64,000 bases of DNA from Azolla caroliniana (GCA_043228905.1 JBHGNT010000012.1:6882001-6946000), one strand, 5' to 3'. Shown: positions 1 to 13,467, counted from the stretch's first letter. A program made the numbers and translations. Notes: generated from the letters alone by a model not told the origin.

Positions 1-395
1 AATCCATGTGAAGGGTTCTCCATAGACACATTGTACTATGTTGTGTGTTGGTTTTGTACTATGTTGTGTTTACAAAAGGATGTAAAGTACTCATCTTGTA
101 CTTATAGTATTGTCCGTCCTTAAGAGAATTGTACTAATTATGTTTTAATCCATGTGAAGGGTTCTCCATAGACACATTGTACTATGTTGTGTGTTGTATC
201 TGTACTATGTTGTGTTTACAGGAGTATATAAAGTACTCATCTTGTACTCATAGTATTGTCTGTCCTTAAGAGAATTGTACTAAATCAGTATTTACTCATC
301 TTGTACTCATAGTATTGTCCGTCCTTAAGAGAATTGTACTAAATCAGTATTTACTCATGTTGTACTCATAGTATTGTACTCATCTTGTACTCACC
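1..395. repeat. Intronic tandem repeats (146-bp and 59-bp units, GTACT-rich)
   Basis: AATCCATGTGAAGGG recurs at 1 and 147. TACTCAT(C/G)TTGTACTCATAGTATTG recurs at 234, 293 and 352. Confidence 0.85.
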
Positions 396-401
396 AAAGT
401 A

Positions 402-1288
402 GGTATTTCTCTTTATTCAATATTCGTATGCAATGGAATTACTTCGGGTCTGGACATGGAAAAGGAGAGCATGATGGCGCGGGGGCTGTGATCAAACGTG
501 CCCTTACAAGTGAGCAGTTGGATAATAATGGCGCTAAGTTACAAAATGCACATGATGTTGTGCAGTGGCTAACATGGAAGATGTCAAATGATGGTAAGAA
601 CAGATTGTTTGTTGAAGTTCGCGGTGATGAGGTCGATAGAACTAAATCATATGGTTGTAAAACCGTGAAAGGCACACGCAGCACCCATTGTGTGTTAGGG
701 TTTAGCCGCAAGGACACAACCCAATTGTTACTCCGTAGTTTATCATGCTTTTGTTCCATGTGTCTAGATGAAGCTTGGGATAAATGCATCAACCTATCAA
801 TCGTGGAGCCCTGGAAGTTGCAGAAGCTTGAGCCTGAACGACAAGATGATATTGAAGAGGATGTGCATTCAAACGATATTGTATACTACAACCAAAATCA
901 AGACTTGGCAGTTTTATTGGAAGTTGGAGATCATTTTGCAGTGCTCAAATATTCTCAGAATGAAGATTTAGAAGACTACTACATTGTGGTGTGCAAGCAA
1001 GGAAAGACATTATTGAAAGAAGTGGTGACGGATGGTTGGGGCAACAATTTCAACGTTGGTGAGTCTGTCGTGTATGGAAACTATTATGCAAAGTTGCCGC
1101 AGTGCAAGAACACATATGCATTACTAAAAGAAGCACCCATCGCAATAATCTACGCTGATGCCATTCTTGCGATCAAATTCAATATGACTCAAGCAAAGCA
1201 CAAGGTTAAGGGATACAACACTGTCTACAAGGTCCCCCAAGAGGTTCATGAGCACATATTAGGGGAGGTCTCTCTATTTAATGCTTGA
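402..1288 (+). CDS. C-terminal exon of a Sola-like DDD cut-and-paste transposase
   Basis: ORF 374-1288 carries WNYFGSGHGKGEHDGAGAVIKR (HGKxxxDGxG catalytic-type motif) and a Cys cluster RSLSCFCSMC...C. A likely splice acceptor lies near 401. The superfamily call comes from recalled motifs, not a search. Confidence 0.65.
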
Positions 1289-1489
1289 AAGTCACCCTAT
1301 CAATACATTGTACTAGAAAACTGAAAAACATCCACTTGGAGTTCACTATTAATTTTGATGATTGACAAATGAATTGATATATTTCGTCTTTCTTCCAAAG
1401 GGTTTATGCCTCTCAACCACTTGTACTTATCTTCATAATATATTAGTTGTTGTCAACAGGACTTGGATTTCTTCATTGCCTTTTTTGTT

Positions 1490-4400
1490 TCATGATATGT
1501 CCTGTGAAGCCATCTGAGTTTTTACTTCTTGTATATAAGTCCTGAATATCCAGGCTATGGATTTTAAAGTACAGACCTTCCTTTCCTTAACAAAATAATC
1601 CAACTTCTGAAACAATAATTTGTGATAGCTCAAAAAGGTAAGTGTTTCCTTACTACTGTTAGTGGATGATTCATCCTTTGGGATGATATCATCAAAATAT
1701 GGCCCACATTGCTTCAACAATTTGCACACATTCTGGTTACCGTCCAAATGGGATTGATGAAACAGTCTATACTTCAGTATATCTTCAATAACACCCGATA
1801 CCCGATATTTTCTGTTTCTCATCATCAACACCTAAAAACCTAAATTTTCCTAGCAAGCTAAGAAGACTTTCAAGCATTTTATCTACAATAGACTGAAAGA
1901 CTTTGCGAGGATTAGGAGATGATCTCAAAAAAGAAACAAAACGTTGTAAAATAAGAATACTTAGATCAAAAAGTATATTCCCATTGTTTTTGATATATGT
2001 TGATGAGCAAAATATAGAAGCAATCCTTAAACATGAACTTGATTTCACACTGGTATAACTATTTCAGATTCATGAACTGGATTTTTTACATTGGCAATTG
2101 AAACAGTATTTTGGTATCCAAATAGTTCAATTTCAGACATCACTAACAACTAAAGTTCAAGTACAATCGAAAGACAATCAGGCACTAGAGGGTAACTTGG
2201 CCGATCTTGTAATGCGCTTGTTGTTGGTGCCAGATTTTTCTGATTTTACATTCTTCTTTATCTTAAAGCCTTTAGGTATGAGCTGACTAAGTGGCACTTC
2301 ATCATCAGAGGCATCAGAGAGAGGCGTGGATGCGCGGGCACCTTGTACTGGTGGCAAGCTTGAGAGAGCAACTATGTTTTCTGCAACTGCAATGCTTGTA
2401 CACAAATCCACAAAGGTGCTGTCGATAGACAAATTATCACTCATCTCCTGAATGCTTGTACTCCTAGCGATCTTTATTGCCCTATCATCATCACCGATGC
2501 CTATACACTCGTTCTTATTAGACTCCTATATGTGGACCATGGCAGTAGTCATGGTCAACTCCTCTTGTACGATGGATGTCACCTCATTCTTAAGACAACG
2601 TTGTTCGCTCTGAGTACAATCAGGCCCACCTTCATTAGTAACGTTGTTCGCTCTACACTCCTCATGGGATTCTGTACAATCAGGCTTATCTTCAGGGAAA
2701 GCGATGTTCTTTCCACGATCCTCATGGGCTTCACAAGACACTACTAGCACATTCTCAGTACAATCAAGCTCCTCTTCATTACTAGCAATGTTCCTTCCAT
2801 GATCCTCATGGGAATCTTTAGATAGTACTAGCACATTATCAGTACAATCAGTCTTCTCTTCAGCACTTGCCACATTATCAGTACAATCAGTCTTCTCTTC
2901 AGTACTTGCCATATTCTTTCCACACTCTTCATGGGCTTCAATCTTCTCTTCAGTACTTGCCATATTCTTTCCACACTCATAGGCTTCTTTAGACATAGTG
3001 TTGTTTGTACATGCCAGCTGCTCTTCACATATGAATGCTTCGTTTTTCTCACAATCCTCATGTGTGGAAGATGTGCTTCCAGAGTCTGCCTCCTTGCAAA
3101 GGTTAATTTGTTTCTGACTCTGATGGGAATCTGATTCTGCACTTGTGCTCCATGAAGTTCCCGATTCATTTGATTGCAGTTGGGAATCAGACTGCTCTTG
3201 TAAACCTAATTAATGGGATTCCAAAGAATATTGGTATGAACTCACATACTCAAAAGTTTGCAAACAATGAACATAGGGTTTAGGGCCACATTTTTACCTA
3301 ATGTTACATCGTCATACTGTACAGCCGTAGATACCCCATTGCAAGTGGTGGGCTCGGTCATCTTCTCCACAACATCTAGGTGCTCAACAGTGTTGTTATG
3401 ATCTATAATAACAACAAAAATAGGGTTGTTATGAGCTAAATCATTGTTTTCGAAGCCTGGCTTTTGACGTGTACCTGGGAGTGTGATAAATTCGTCTTCA
3501 TGATCAGGTTTTGGACTCGTATCGCCGTCACCAAATATCATTTCATCATCAGCTAGTAACACAAGTACATGGTATTAGATAATGGATTAGGTTGACAATG
3601 CTCCAGACAGGTGAGAACTTATATGACTCACTATTGCATTCAACTTTGCCTTTCTTGCCGTTTCCATACAACATTCTTGCAACATTTCTCTTCTTATTGG
3701 GCTCTATTTGTAAAGAAACTTCATTTCTCTTCTTAGTGGGCTCTATTTCTTGATGTTGACCGGAGCTTGGGGAATTTGTTTGTAGAAGCATATGTTCCAC
3801 TGCTCCAATGGCCCTTCTCATACATTCATCCTCATCATAAAAATCATAGGTTATTGGTAATGATGGTCCCTGAACCTTGGAATGTGCAGCAGATATTGAG
3901 GGTTTAGGCACAGGGGCTGGTTGTTCCATTACCTTCCCTGGCGTGGAGTTGCTTGACACTACAACATTCATTGCAAGAAACAAAAAAACCTTGAATGTTA
4001 GTACCATCATCTAAAATATATAATGTAGGTCACAAGAGCTGCTTCCCATTTTACACAATGTACCAGTCATGAACAATGTACTACTCACATAGTTCCTAAA
4101 TTACTGAACTAGTACTAATAAGTAACATTGAACTGCTCACTTAGTTCCCAATTTACACGATTAGTACTAATCATGCACAATATACACAAGTAGTACTAAT
4201 CATGCACAATATACTACTCACTTAGTTACCAAATTACACAAGTACTAATCCCGAAAAATGTACCACTGACTTAGTCAAATTAATAAGTAGTACTAATCTT
4301 GAACAATGTACTACTCACTTATTTCCTAAATCACTGAACTAGTACTAATCCCGAACAATGTACTGCTCACTTAGTTCCCAATTTACACTAGTACTAATCA

Positions 4401-7245
4401 TGCACAATATACTACTCACTTAGTTAGCAAATTACACAAGGAGTACTAATCCCGAACAATGTACTGCTCACTTAGTTCCCAATTTACACAAGTAGTACTA
4501 ATCATGCACAATATACTACTCACTTAGTTAGCAAATTACACAAGGAGTACTAATCCCGAACAATGTACTGCTCACTTAGTTCCCAATTTACACAAGTAGT
4601 ACTAATCATGCACAATATACTACTCACTTAGTTAGCAAATTACACAAGGAGTACTAATCCCGAACAATGTACTGCTCACTTAGTTCCCAATTTACACAAG
4701 TAGTACTAATCATGCACAATATACTACTCACTTAGCAAATTACACAAGGAGTACTAATCCCGAACAATGTACTGCTCACTTAGTTCCCAATTTACACAAG
4801 TAGTACTAATCATGCACAATATACTACTCACTTAGTTAGCAAATTACACAAGGAGTACTAATCCCGAACAATGTACTGCTCACTTAGTTCCCAATTTACA
4901 CAAGTAGTACTAATCATGCACAATATACTACTCACTTAGTTAGCAAATTACACAAGGAGTACTAATCCCGAACAATGTACCACTGACTTAGTCAAATTAC
5001 ACAATTAGTACTAATCCTGAACAATGTACTACTCAACAATGTACCACTGACTTAGTCAAATTACACAATTAGTACTAATCCTGAACAATGTACTACTCAA
5101 CAATGTACCACTGACTTAGTCAAATTACACAATTAGTACTAATCCTACAAAATGTACTACTCACTTATTTTCTAGATTACTGATCTAGTACTAATAAGGT
5201 ACAAAACTAGTACTAATAAGGAACAAAGTACTACTCAGTTCCCAAATTACAAAACTAGTATTAATCATGAGCAATGTACTAGTAACTTAGTTCACAAAGT
5301 ACAGAACTAGTACTAATCATGAACCATGTAGTACTTACTAAGTACTAATCCAACAAATGTAGATTGGTATTTTGCACACAAGTAATACTAAACATGATAT
5401 GTCTTCTACACACCTAGTTACATAACTTGTACTAATTACACCAACAATATTAATCTTGAACAGTATTAGTACTAAACGTGATATGTGTTTGACACACCTC
5501 ATTTCTAAATTACAATAATTGTACTATTATTCAACAATTTACTATACACCTTGTTCCCAAATTACATTACTAGTACTAATTCCCAAGTTACACAAACAAT
5601 CTTAACAATCAACAGTGTACTATAAGTATAGTGTTTACTAAACTAATACTAGGCAAGTTGCAATACAGATTGGACGATGTTGTACCTGGTTCCCTTTTAG
5701 TACTACTAATTGTGGAAAATATCCCTTCAACTACACATACCAATTATATATTAAGAGTACTGCCAATACTAACCCACATAATTAGGGTTCCACATAATAG
5801 TTGTTAGAGATTACACTAAATTTGAAGTATGAATTGTGGCATACACTAGTTCTAGTCCAAATGTTAATTGACATCATATAATACAAACAATAGAATAGTA
5901 GAGCCACATACCGTACGGGTGTACTTTTAAACCCCAAGCATAGTACCACTTAGCCGCAATTGTAGTTTTACAGTCCATACATGTATTCTCTTTCTCAAAA
6001 TGATACTTAGCACATAGCACATGATATGTGTGCAAGCATGGTGTAATCACAACATCCATAGCCTCCAGCTTGAATCCGAGGCCACAAAATATACACCTGG
6101 AAGATTGCAAACACAAGTTATAATATATTAGTTGCTCACTTATTTATACCAAAGAAGTAGAAATAAATAACTTTTAAAGCCAATACCGTGATATAGCTAT
6201 ACTAATAATGGTACTTTCTATACCACTTGGGTGCTCAATTACAGATGGACACAGTATCAAAACCATTTTGTTTTAAATCCTGCATCAAGCATGCAAGGTT
6301 CTCAGAATGCAACTTTAAGGCTGACAACTTATTATCTATTTCTTCATGTGCATTCCTGCAAGTATCAAGGTCTCTCATCTGTGAACCTAATTGAGTGCTC
6401 ATATTGTTTAGCTCTTTCTTCAACTCCTCTTTCAACACCTCACTTTCTGAATTTTGGATTGTCGATGCAATCCATTCATATGTAGTTTTTATTGAAGAAA
6501 ATTTCTTTTCTGCCTGTATCTCAGCTGATTTAACTGCTTCCAAATCAGCAAGTAGTGTTTGTATTCTTGAGCTCATAGAAGCTATGCAACCGGCCATCAT
6601 CTGTTCATGCTTTTCAGTCATTGTGGCCCGTACCTTTGCCTCTAGAACTTGGTGGATAGGTGTTATAGCTAGAATATCCACATGAGAGGTTCCAGATGAC
6701 TTCAAGCCAGTGTTGGTACTGGAGGACCCTTTGTAATGTTCTGACCGGTGCCGATTAAAATCTTCCCAATTTACGTCAATGCCACCTTGAACTTCACATG
6801 CAAAAGCACGTGCAAAAACAGTACCCACCTCATTGTTAGTGATTTGATTTGTATCATAAACATGTTCGTATCTCGTCTTCAATAAATTCATGTATTCCCT
6901 CTTCAAACCACTAATGTGGAATCCTCGCCTTGTGTCGGGATGTGCTGACCCCCAGGTTTTTAACAACCACTCTCTCAGCTCTGGATACACGTCAGGTCGT
7001 GCTCGAAGGAAATAATTCCATCCAAGAGGTGTGTCTCGACTGATGGAGTGGTACATCTTCTTTCTCTGTGTTGATGAATTCATCACCCTTTCTCTTGTGG
7101 GTGTCTTCTTGCTTTCTTTCATGGGTGTCCTTCTTCCTTCCTTCACTGGTGTCTTCACTTTCTCTTTCATCAATGTCTTCTTTATGGGTGTCCTTCTCGT
7201 CATTGTCCTAGTCAACACAATTCTCAGGGAATGAATATGCATGTA
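1490..7245 (-). CDS. Multi-exon (possibly decayed) gene with coiled-coil, RING-H2 and acidic repeat regions; probable transposon accessory gene
   Basis: Co-oriented ORF chain 6235-7242, 5874-6116, 3549-4010, 3242-3562, 2526-2996, 2178-2444, 1785-2048, 1490-1831. The exon structure is only partly resolved, and some junctions look like frameshifts. Confidence 0.5.
4060..5400. repeat. Intronic minisatellite: 52-bp monomers in a 104-bp A/B dimer, then a 64-bp variant
   Basis: GAGTACTAATCCCGAACAATG occurs at 4441, 4545, 4649, 4749, 4853 and 4957. CAATGTACCACTGAC occurs at 4973, 5037 and 5101. Confidence 0.92.
5912..6096 (-). CDS. RING-H2 zinc-finger exon
   Basis: CIFC-x15-CLHTYHVLC-x10-CMDC fits the C3H2C3 pattern. 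It is flanked by a CAG acceptor (6097-6099) and a GTATGT donor (starting 5911) on the minus strand. Confidence 0.75.
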
Positions 7246-8232
7246 CTAGAAGAAAACTCAAGCAATTACCATCAACACATAGCAAATCATCTCATTGCAT
7301 GTACAAACCATGTCAAACACACAATAACCCTAAATAGTCGGAAAAAAACTCATCCATGTCAAACACACAGACAATAAAAACAGACGGATAGGAAAGTCAA
7401 AGAAAACGAAAACATTGTAAATCATCATAGCCAACTCCATCACATCGCATGTACAAGCCATGTCAAACACACAAAAACCCAAAATAGTTGGAAAAACACT
7501 CATCCATGTCAAACTCACACAAAATAAAACAGATGGACAAGAAACAAGAACAAAACGAAAACATAGCAACTCATCATAGCCAACTCCATTTACGTTGCAT
7601 GTACAAACATGTCTAACACACAACCACCTCGATCAAAATATTTTCATACATTTTTAAAAGAAACACAGAGAAACACAGAGAAAACAAAAACATACCAGTT
7701 GGGCATGCAACACATAGACTATGAATAATCAAACCCTAAAAATGACCATACACATGCAAATAAAAAACAGACAGACAGGAAATATTCAAAAAAAGAACAC
7801 ATACCAGTTGGGCATGCAACACAGAGATTACCTAGAGGTTGTACAACTTGCAGAGGTACCAGACCGTGTTGATTTCGACAAACGAGGCTGCTGCAGAGGA
7901 GACAAACGAGCATAGACAGAGGAAACAAACGAGCATACACAAGGAAGGAAAATCAACAACACATACAACGAGCAGGGGAAACAAAAATCTCTGCGTTCAG
8001 AGATCGAACCTGGCACAGAGGGGAACACAAGAACAGCTACGCGGGGAAACAGAGAATCGAAGGTGGAGTGAGAGAGAGAAACAGAAAGAAAGAAAGAAAC
8101 AGAGCTTTGAAAGAAAGAAACAGAAAGAATCGAAGGTGGAGTGAAAGAAAGAAACAGAGAGATAGACTTGTAATAGATATGTCGTCTTTCTTTAACTTTC
8201 TGCCACTGTCTGTCTGACAACTTCGAGACAGA

Positions 8233-8332
8233 AGAGAGAGAGAGAGAGAGAGAGTGAGTGAGTGAGTGAGAGAGAGAGACATACCAATTGACACGTTCGA
8301 CTACCCATACCAGAGAGAGAGAGAGAGAGAGA
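8233..8332. repeat. (GA)n/(GAGT)n microsatellites in the putative 5' region of the RING gene
   Basis: Direct inspection. Confidence 0.85.
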
Positions 8333-8719
8333 TACTGAGACTGACCAACTGTCACAATGGATACCTTCTCCAGGTGTGCTTTCGTACAACTCTACCTAGG
8401 AGACTGGGGCAACAATTAATGTACTAAATATGGCCTAGGGACATTTCGAGTGTGACGTACAATATCTTTTTGCATTCGAGTGTGACGTAATGAATTTGTT
8501 TTTTGTTTTTTGAAACTTATTTACAATTTTTAATGTTTATTTTCTTCTTCGATTTAGTACTAAATTTTTGGCCAAAAGTTGGTACACCGTAGCATGCTTC
8601 GACCCATATACACATATGTTTACTTATCACATATATACGATCAAATACGTATATATGTGACCACATATGCCTATATTAAACATATCATTATAGTAAATAG
8701 CCACAAATGATGTGATCGA

Positions 8720-8985
8720 GATACATAATCGAGGTATATACCTCTACGCACACGAAACATCCACAAATAAGAGATCATCGTAATACGCAATGGAGGTATT
8801 GACCTCTTACGCATACGAGACCAAACGCATATCGTTTACAACAAATCAAGGTATTAAACTCATACGCAAACGTAACATATGTTCGTGAACGTAATACGTA
8901 ATTGAGGTATTAACCTCGTACGCATACGACACTCATCACATATTATTAATATGTCAAACGAGGTATTGACCTCGTGCACATATGT
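8720..8985. repeat. Five ~56-62-bp degenerate repeats with palindromic core GAGGT-N4-ACCTC
   Basis: Cores at 8731, 8793, 8848 (degenerate), 8904 and 8960. They lie downstream (minus strand) of the Met PBS at 9219-9228. Confidence 0.7.
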
Positions 8986-9230
8986 AAACGTTTTAGATAA
9001 TCAATTAAAGACCACTACAACATCATTGACTTAATGAAAAAAAATACATATAAACTAAACACATGATTAGATGGGAGAAGAGAGAATAGAAAGAAAAATT
9101 ATGGAAAGAGTTACCGAAGTTCTTTGTTGATCGTTGTCTGGATCAAGGCCAACCGCACAACGATCGATCAGCATCAATCAAAAGACAAATGAAAAACAAA
9201 GAAACATTAGTACAAAAATCTGATACCAAA

Positions 9231-9616
9231 TATTATAGATCTAGGTACTAATGTAAGCTTAAGATAAGGATAAAGAAATGAAAGATAGAAAGGAGAAAGA
9301 GAAAGAAGGGTGCCGATCCACCCGACCACCCCCGAGCGAAGGGATCGAGACGGACTCGAGCCTCGATCGGCGTCCCATACCACCGCCGTGGCGTCGAGTC
9401 GTACCTGGTGCTGGCGCGCTCGCTACAAGAGTTGACCCACCACATGAGCAGAGTCTCGATGTAGTCAAAAGATGATCCAATGAGGGTAGCTAGGGCTCTT
9501 ATTTATAGCGATACCCAAGGCCCCCAGGCAAGTTCACATTTGACCTAATGGGTTGTCTCAATCCCGAGGATTAAAAGTAATCCTCCCCTTCTTTACACTC
9601 TCGTTTAACCCTCACA
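9231..9616 (-). mobile_element. LTR (386 bp) of a chromovirus-type gypsy family, with PPT remnant on one side and tRNA-iMet PBS on the other
   Basis: Near-identical to 62864-63249. CTTATCCAC (9617-9625) matches the PPT region of that element. TGGTATCAGA lies on the minus strand at 9219-9228. Confidence 0.85.
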
Positions 9617-9685
9617 CTTATCCACGTGTATAGGATACTACGGTAAATTCTCACCACGGGATATTAAATGGTCATGCCCGTAACA

Positions 9686-12600
9686 GAGAGCCCCGTTGGT
9701 AACGCCGAAGGCACATTTGGCGGGATTTAGGCTTAAGCGTGCGGTGCGGCAACGTTCCAGGCACAGTTCCAGATGCGTAAACTAGTCGGTTGTTTTCCCA
9801 TATACCGCAAAATCGTCTAAAAAAACTTGCATGAAGGCCGGAATATATTCCCCAAAAATCTCCGTGATTGTCCGTTGAAATGCTGTCGGCGCCGTCTTTA
9901 GCCCAAACATCATGACGACTGCCACATAGACTACCCAGTCCGTGACAAATGTTGTCTTCTCTTGGTCATCGGGGTGCATGCATACTTGGTTGTACCCACT
10001 GAAGCCATCTAAAAAACTGCACATGTCGTGCCCTGCGACGGCGTCCAGTACGCTATCGGTGAACGGTGAAGGGAATGCGTCCGTAATGGTTACGGCGTTT
10101 AATTTTCGGTAGTCCACGCATACCCGTATTTTGCCATTTTTCTTTGGTATGACTACGATTGGACTTAACCATGTAGCTTGTTTAACTGGCCGTATGAATC
10201 CCGCCTTCAGGAGTTTGTCAATTTCCTCTTTTACGCGGGCCGCGTAGTTTGGGTTCATGCGGTAGCGATGCTGCTGGACTGGTTTCGCGTCGGTTGCTAA
10301 ATTAATCTTATGTTGATAGAGCTTCGGATCCAATCCCTTCATGTCCTCATTGGCCCAGGCGAACACATCTTTATACTTTTTGAGTAGTACGATCATCGTG
10401 TTTCTTTGGTCCGACCTTAATTCCTTTGCGATGGAGAGAAAACGGGGTTCTGACGTTGTACCCACGTTTACTTCTTCCAGGGTTGAGGCGGTGACTCGCT
10501 CTGAAATTTCCATTTCCCTCTCCAACATTGCTCGTACTCTGCTTAGTTCTAATAGTGCCTCCGGGTTTGGTTCGTAAGCCTCATCGTGGAGTGTAGTAAC
10601 CATGGCATATTCCGCCGCGGTTTCAATGACGTCGATTTCGAACAACGGAATAATCCGAGGGTGCTCGTCTAGGTATGCCTCTAACTCTGTATCCTTCACC
10701 CCAGCTAGCATATTTATATCTTCCACGTACAATGGTGTTTGCTCTTGGATTGTGTTGCCCTTTCCTTCGTTGGTACGCGGACCTTGGTTCATCCGCGTCG
10801 AAAATTTATACACTTGTGTTGCCAGCTCTGCTTGATATTCACTGAATGCAGCCACGGTCTGCCCAGCAGCACAAGGTACGCCCCTGGGGCATCTAGGGCG
10901 AGGACTACCGCTGAGATGTCGAAGTGATGTCCGCCCACTATAATGGCTACCTTGCGTATCAACCCCAATGGTCGTACTAAGTGGGTATCTGCCATGCAAA
11001 GCCAGAACGGGCAAGCCTCCCATTTTGAAATTCCCAATTGTTCGCATGTCTTCGCGGTGATTACATTAACGCCCGAGCCACCATCAATTACGCATCCTGT
11101 GATTTCCTGGCCATGTAATATCAACTTAATAGCCGGGTTGTGGTGATCCACTACTGACGGTCTGTCGCTAATGTCCGTGAAATTCGTGGCGACGCTTACC
11201 CCAGGTCTGCCCGTCACCCGCTCTTCCACGGCCTGACGGAATTGTGGGACTACTTGCAGCAGCTTCTCCATGGTTAACGTTAGCTCGCAACCTGCCTGTG
11301 CTTGCCAAATAGGGTCCGGGGATGGTCCCTCATCGTCCAATAGCTCCCTCGTGTTTGCGGACTCCTTCCGCATGCGCTCCGTATTTGCCGTGTTTGCTTT
11401 TTCAACCCATGCCTGGGCTATTCGCCGTATCTCATCTTGCGCTGCCCAATCAACCATTTTTGTTTGCTGACGTGTCGTGACTTGCTGCACTTCCGCCGTA
11501 ATCATATTGACGGCGGGCCACTTGCCCTTGCATATTGGGCATTGTGTGGCATAATGGTCGGGCTGTTGACAAACAAAACAATGGATGCTAGATTCGCCCT
11601 TCTCGGCCCCTGGTGGTGTGTGTCGATCCCCCTGTTGCGACTTGCTCCTCCCGGTCTTGCTTCGTTTGTCAGAGGGTACGCGGTGCTTGTTGTTGGTCCC
11701 AACGTGGTTCCTGGTGCCGGTCATCGTCCGAGCTTTCGTCATATCGCTAGTGGTCCCGATATTGCCGATGCTTTCCATGAGGTCCATTGAAGCCGCCCCG
11801 TTTGTTTGTCGGCCGGTAATTCTCATAGCGTCGGCCCCCTTTATTATATCTGGTGTGGCCACGGTAGTCGTCATCCTCCGGCTCGTCTTCCTCGGAATTG
11901 TTGTGATTCTGGCGATTCCAGTAGTGCTAATCGTCGCGTGGATTGCGATCCAGATACCGTGGTCGGTCTTCCTGCCTCCTTTGTTCATTCCGGTGTGGGG
12001 AACGTTGCGTGTCTACGCTGCGTACTATGGGCATTGCTCTGTTCAACATATTGTACTTGCACTGCTGAACTGTGTGAGCTTTCGAGTGACAGACTGGACA
12101 GTCGATTCGCATGTTGCACTCCACTGTGGAATGCCCTGCATTCAAACAAATCGTGTACTAGATCGCTTGACGAAAATGTTGTTCCTCGTCCTAAGGTAAC
12201 GCTTGTCGTAATGAGGACATGGAAAACCTTTCCTCTTCTTCGTCCAGCTCGAGCTGTAGCGCTCTTTCTATGACCATATCGGTCGTTTCCCCTTTCACGC
12301 TATTGTTGTTGAGCGTTGTCCGTATGGGTCGGTGTAATGCTGCAAGAAATGTCTCCCTGGCCTCATCCTCGGTCGAGTCCCGTTCTAATTTTCACCGTAG
12401 ATTTTGGAAACGTAAGCTGAAATCCGCGATCGTCTCTATCGGCAGTTGCTTAATTGTATAGAACTGCCCGAGGATCTCGCGTTGCGGCAACCTCCGATGA
12501 AAGAACCACAAAAAGGCGGATTGCATTTGGTCGAAGGTCGTGATTGCTGGCAGATCCATTTGCGAATGCCAAAACGTCGCTCTTCCATCCAATGTTAAGA

Positions 12601-13018
12601 CAAACTCCGTCATTTTGGACTAGTGCGCTATTGCCTTAGAAAGGCTCCATGCCATGTGGTTTGCATTCCAGACATTGAGGAACAAGTGAATGTCGGTTTC
12701 ACCGTTAAAGCGGGGATAGGCAAAGGCTATGCTAGGTGCTACGGCGGGCAGGGCAAGACCACAGTGCTGTTGTGGTGAGCGCTCTTCCCGTGTATCGCCG
12801 AGCTATTTGGAGAGCGAGAAGTCTCCTTTGTGGTTCCGACAGGTAGTACTGAGGTCGCTGAGGCGAGGCTTTTGCCGTGCGCGTTCCTCTACCTAGCGTG
12901 TAATGGACCTTATGATTGGCCGATCTAGTCGTGTTGGTTCTCTAGGGCGTCTACGGCTAAACATTCATTCCTCATTGTTCATCTGTGAGAAGACACGGAT
13001 CACCAAGCATGCCAAAAG
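9686..13018 (-). pseudogene. Non-chromovirus Ty3/gypsy gag-PR-RT, 5' half, decayed
   Basis: Zinc knuckles (CPVCHSKAH, CFVCQQPDHYATQC), protease IDGGSGVN, and RT VCVDYRKLN, LDGFSGYNQ, FLDD. PBS TGGCATGC at ~13007-13014. Confidence 0.9.
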
Positions 13019-13467
13019 TGTTACCAAATAGGAACACGATCTATGGTCACTCCTTCGACCTAGACCTCCAAGTGACTGTGTGACAACGAATGGTAGCGTC
13101 TATGCGTACTTCTTAGTGGAATATTTCCCGTAACCTAGCACTGTATAAGGGAGACAGCTACAACCGAGCTCCTTAGACAGTGGGCTAGCTCACACACCGT
13201 TACTTACTCCTACGCTCTCAAGAATTACCGACACACAGTAGATTAACCGCAGCTACACACAAATATCAGGGAAGATAGAACTATATTACGATACGCCTCT
13301 TACATTCAAAAGTACACGCTACCTCTATCAGAGGTTTTCTGTCCTTTATATACGGAAGGTCTTTTTGCCGTTCACACTTCCCGCGTGAACCGTTACATGT
13401 GTTACAAAAGTATTCTATTCCATATTACTATGCTCTTGTCCGTCGATTACTATTCCGGCAGACAACA
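13019..13467 (-). mobile_element. 5' LTR (449 bp) of that gypsy element
   Basis: Ends TGTTA...CAACA. It is the reverse complement of 30750-31198, and its flank reads GAACC on the minus strand. Confidence 0.85.

Noticed and set aside
7719-8389. ORFs over the GA-rich region
   Set aside because: They derive from microsatellite and UTR-like sequence. At most a short 5' exon of the RING gene, which I cannot verify.
8720-8985. CRISPR array
   Set aside because: The context is eukaryotic retroelement sequence with no cas genes. The repeats are degenerate and the linkers are related to one another.
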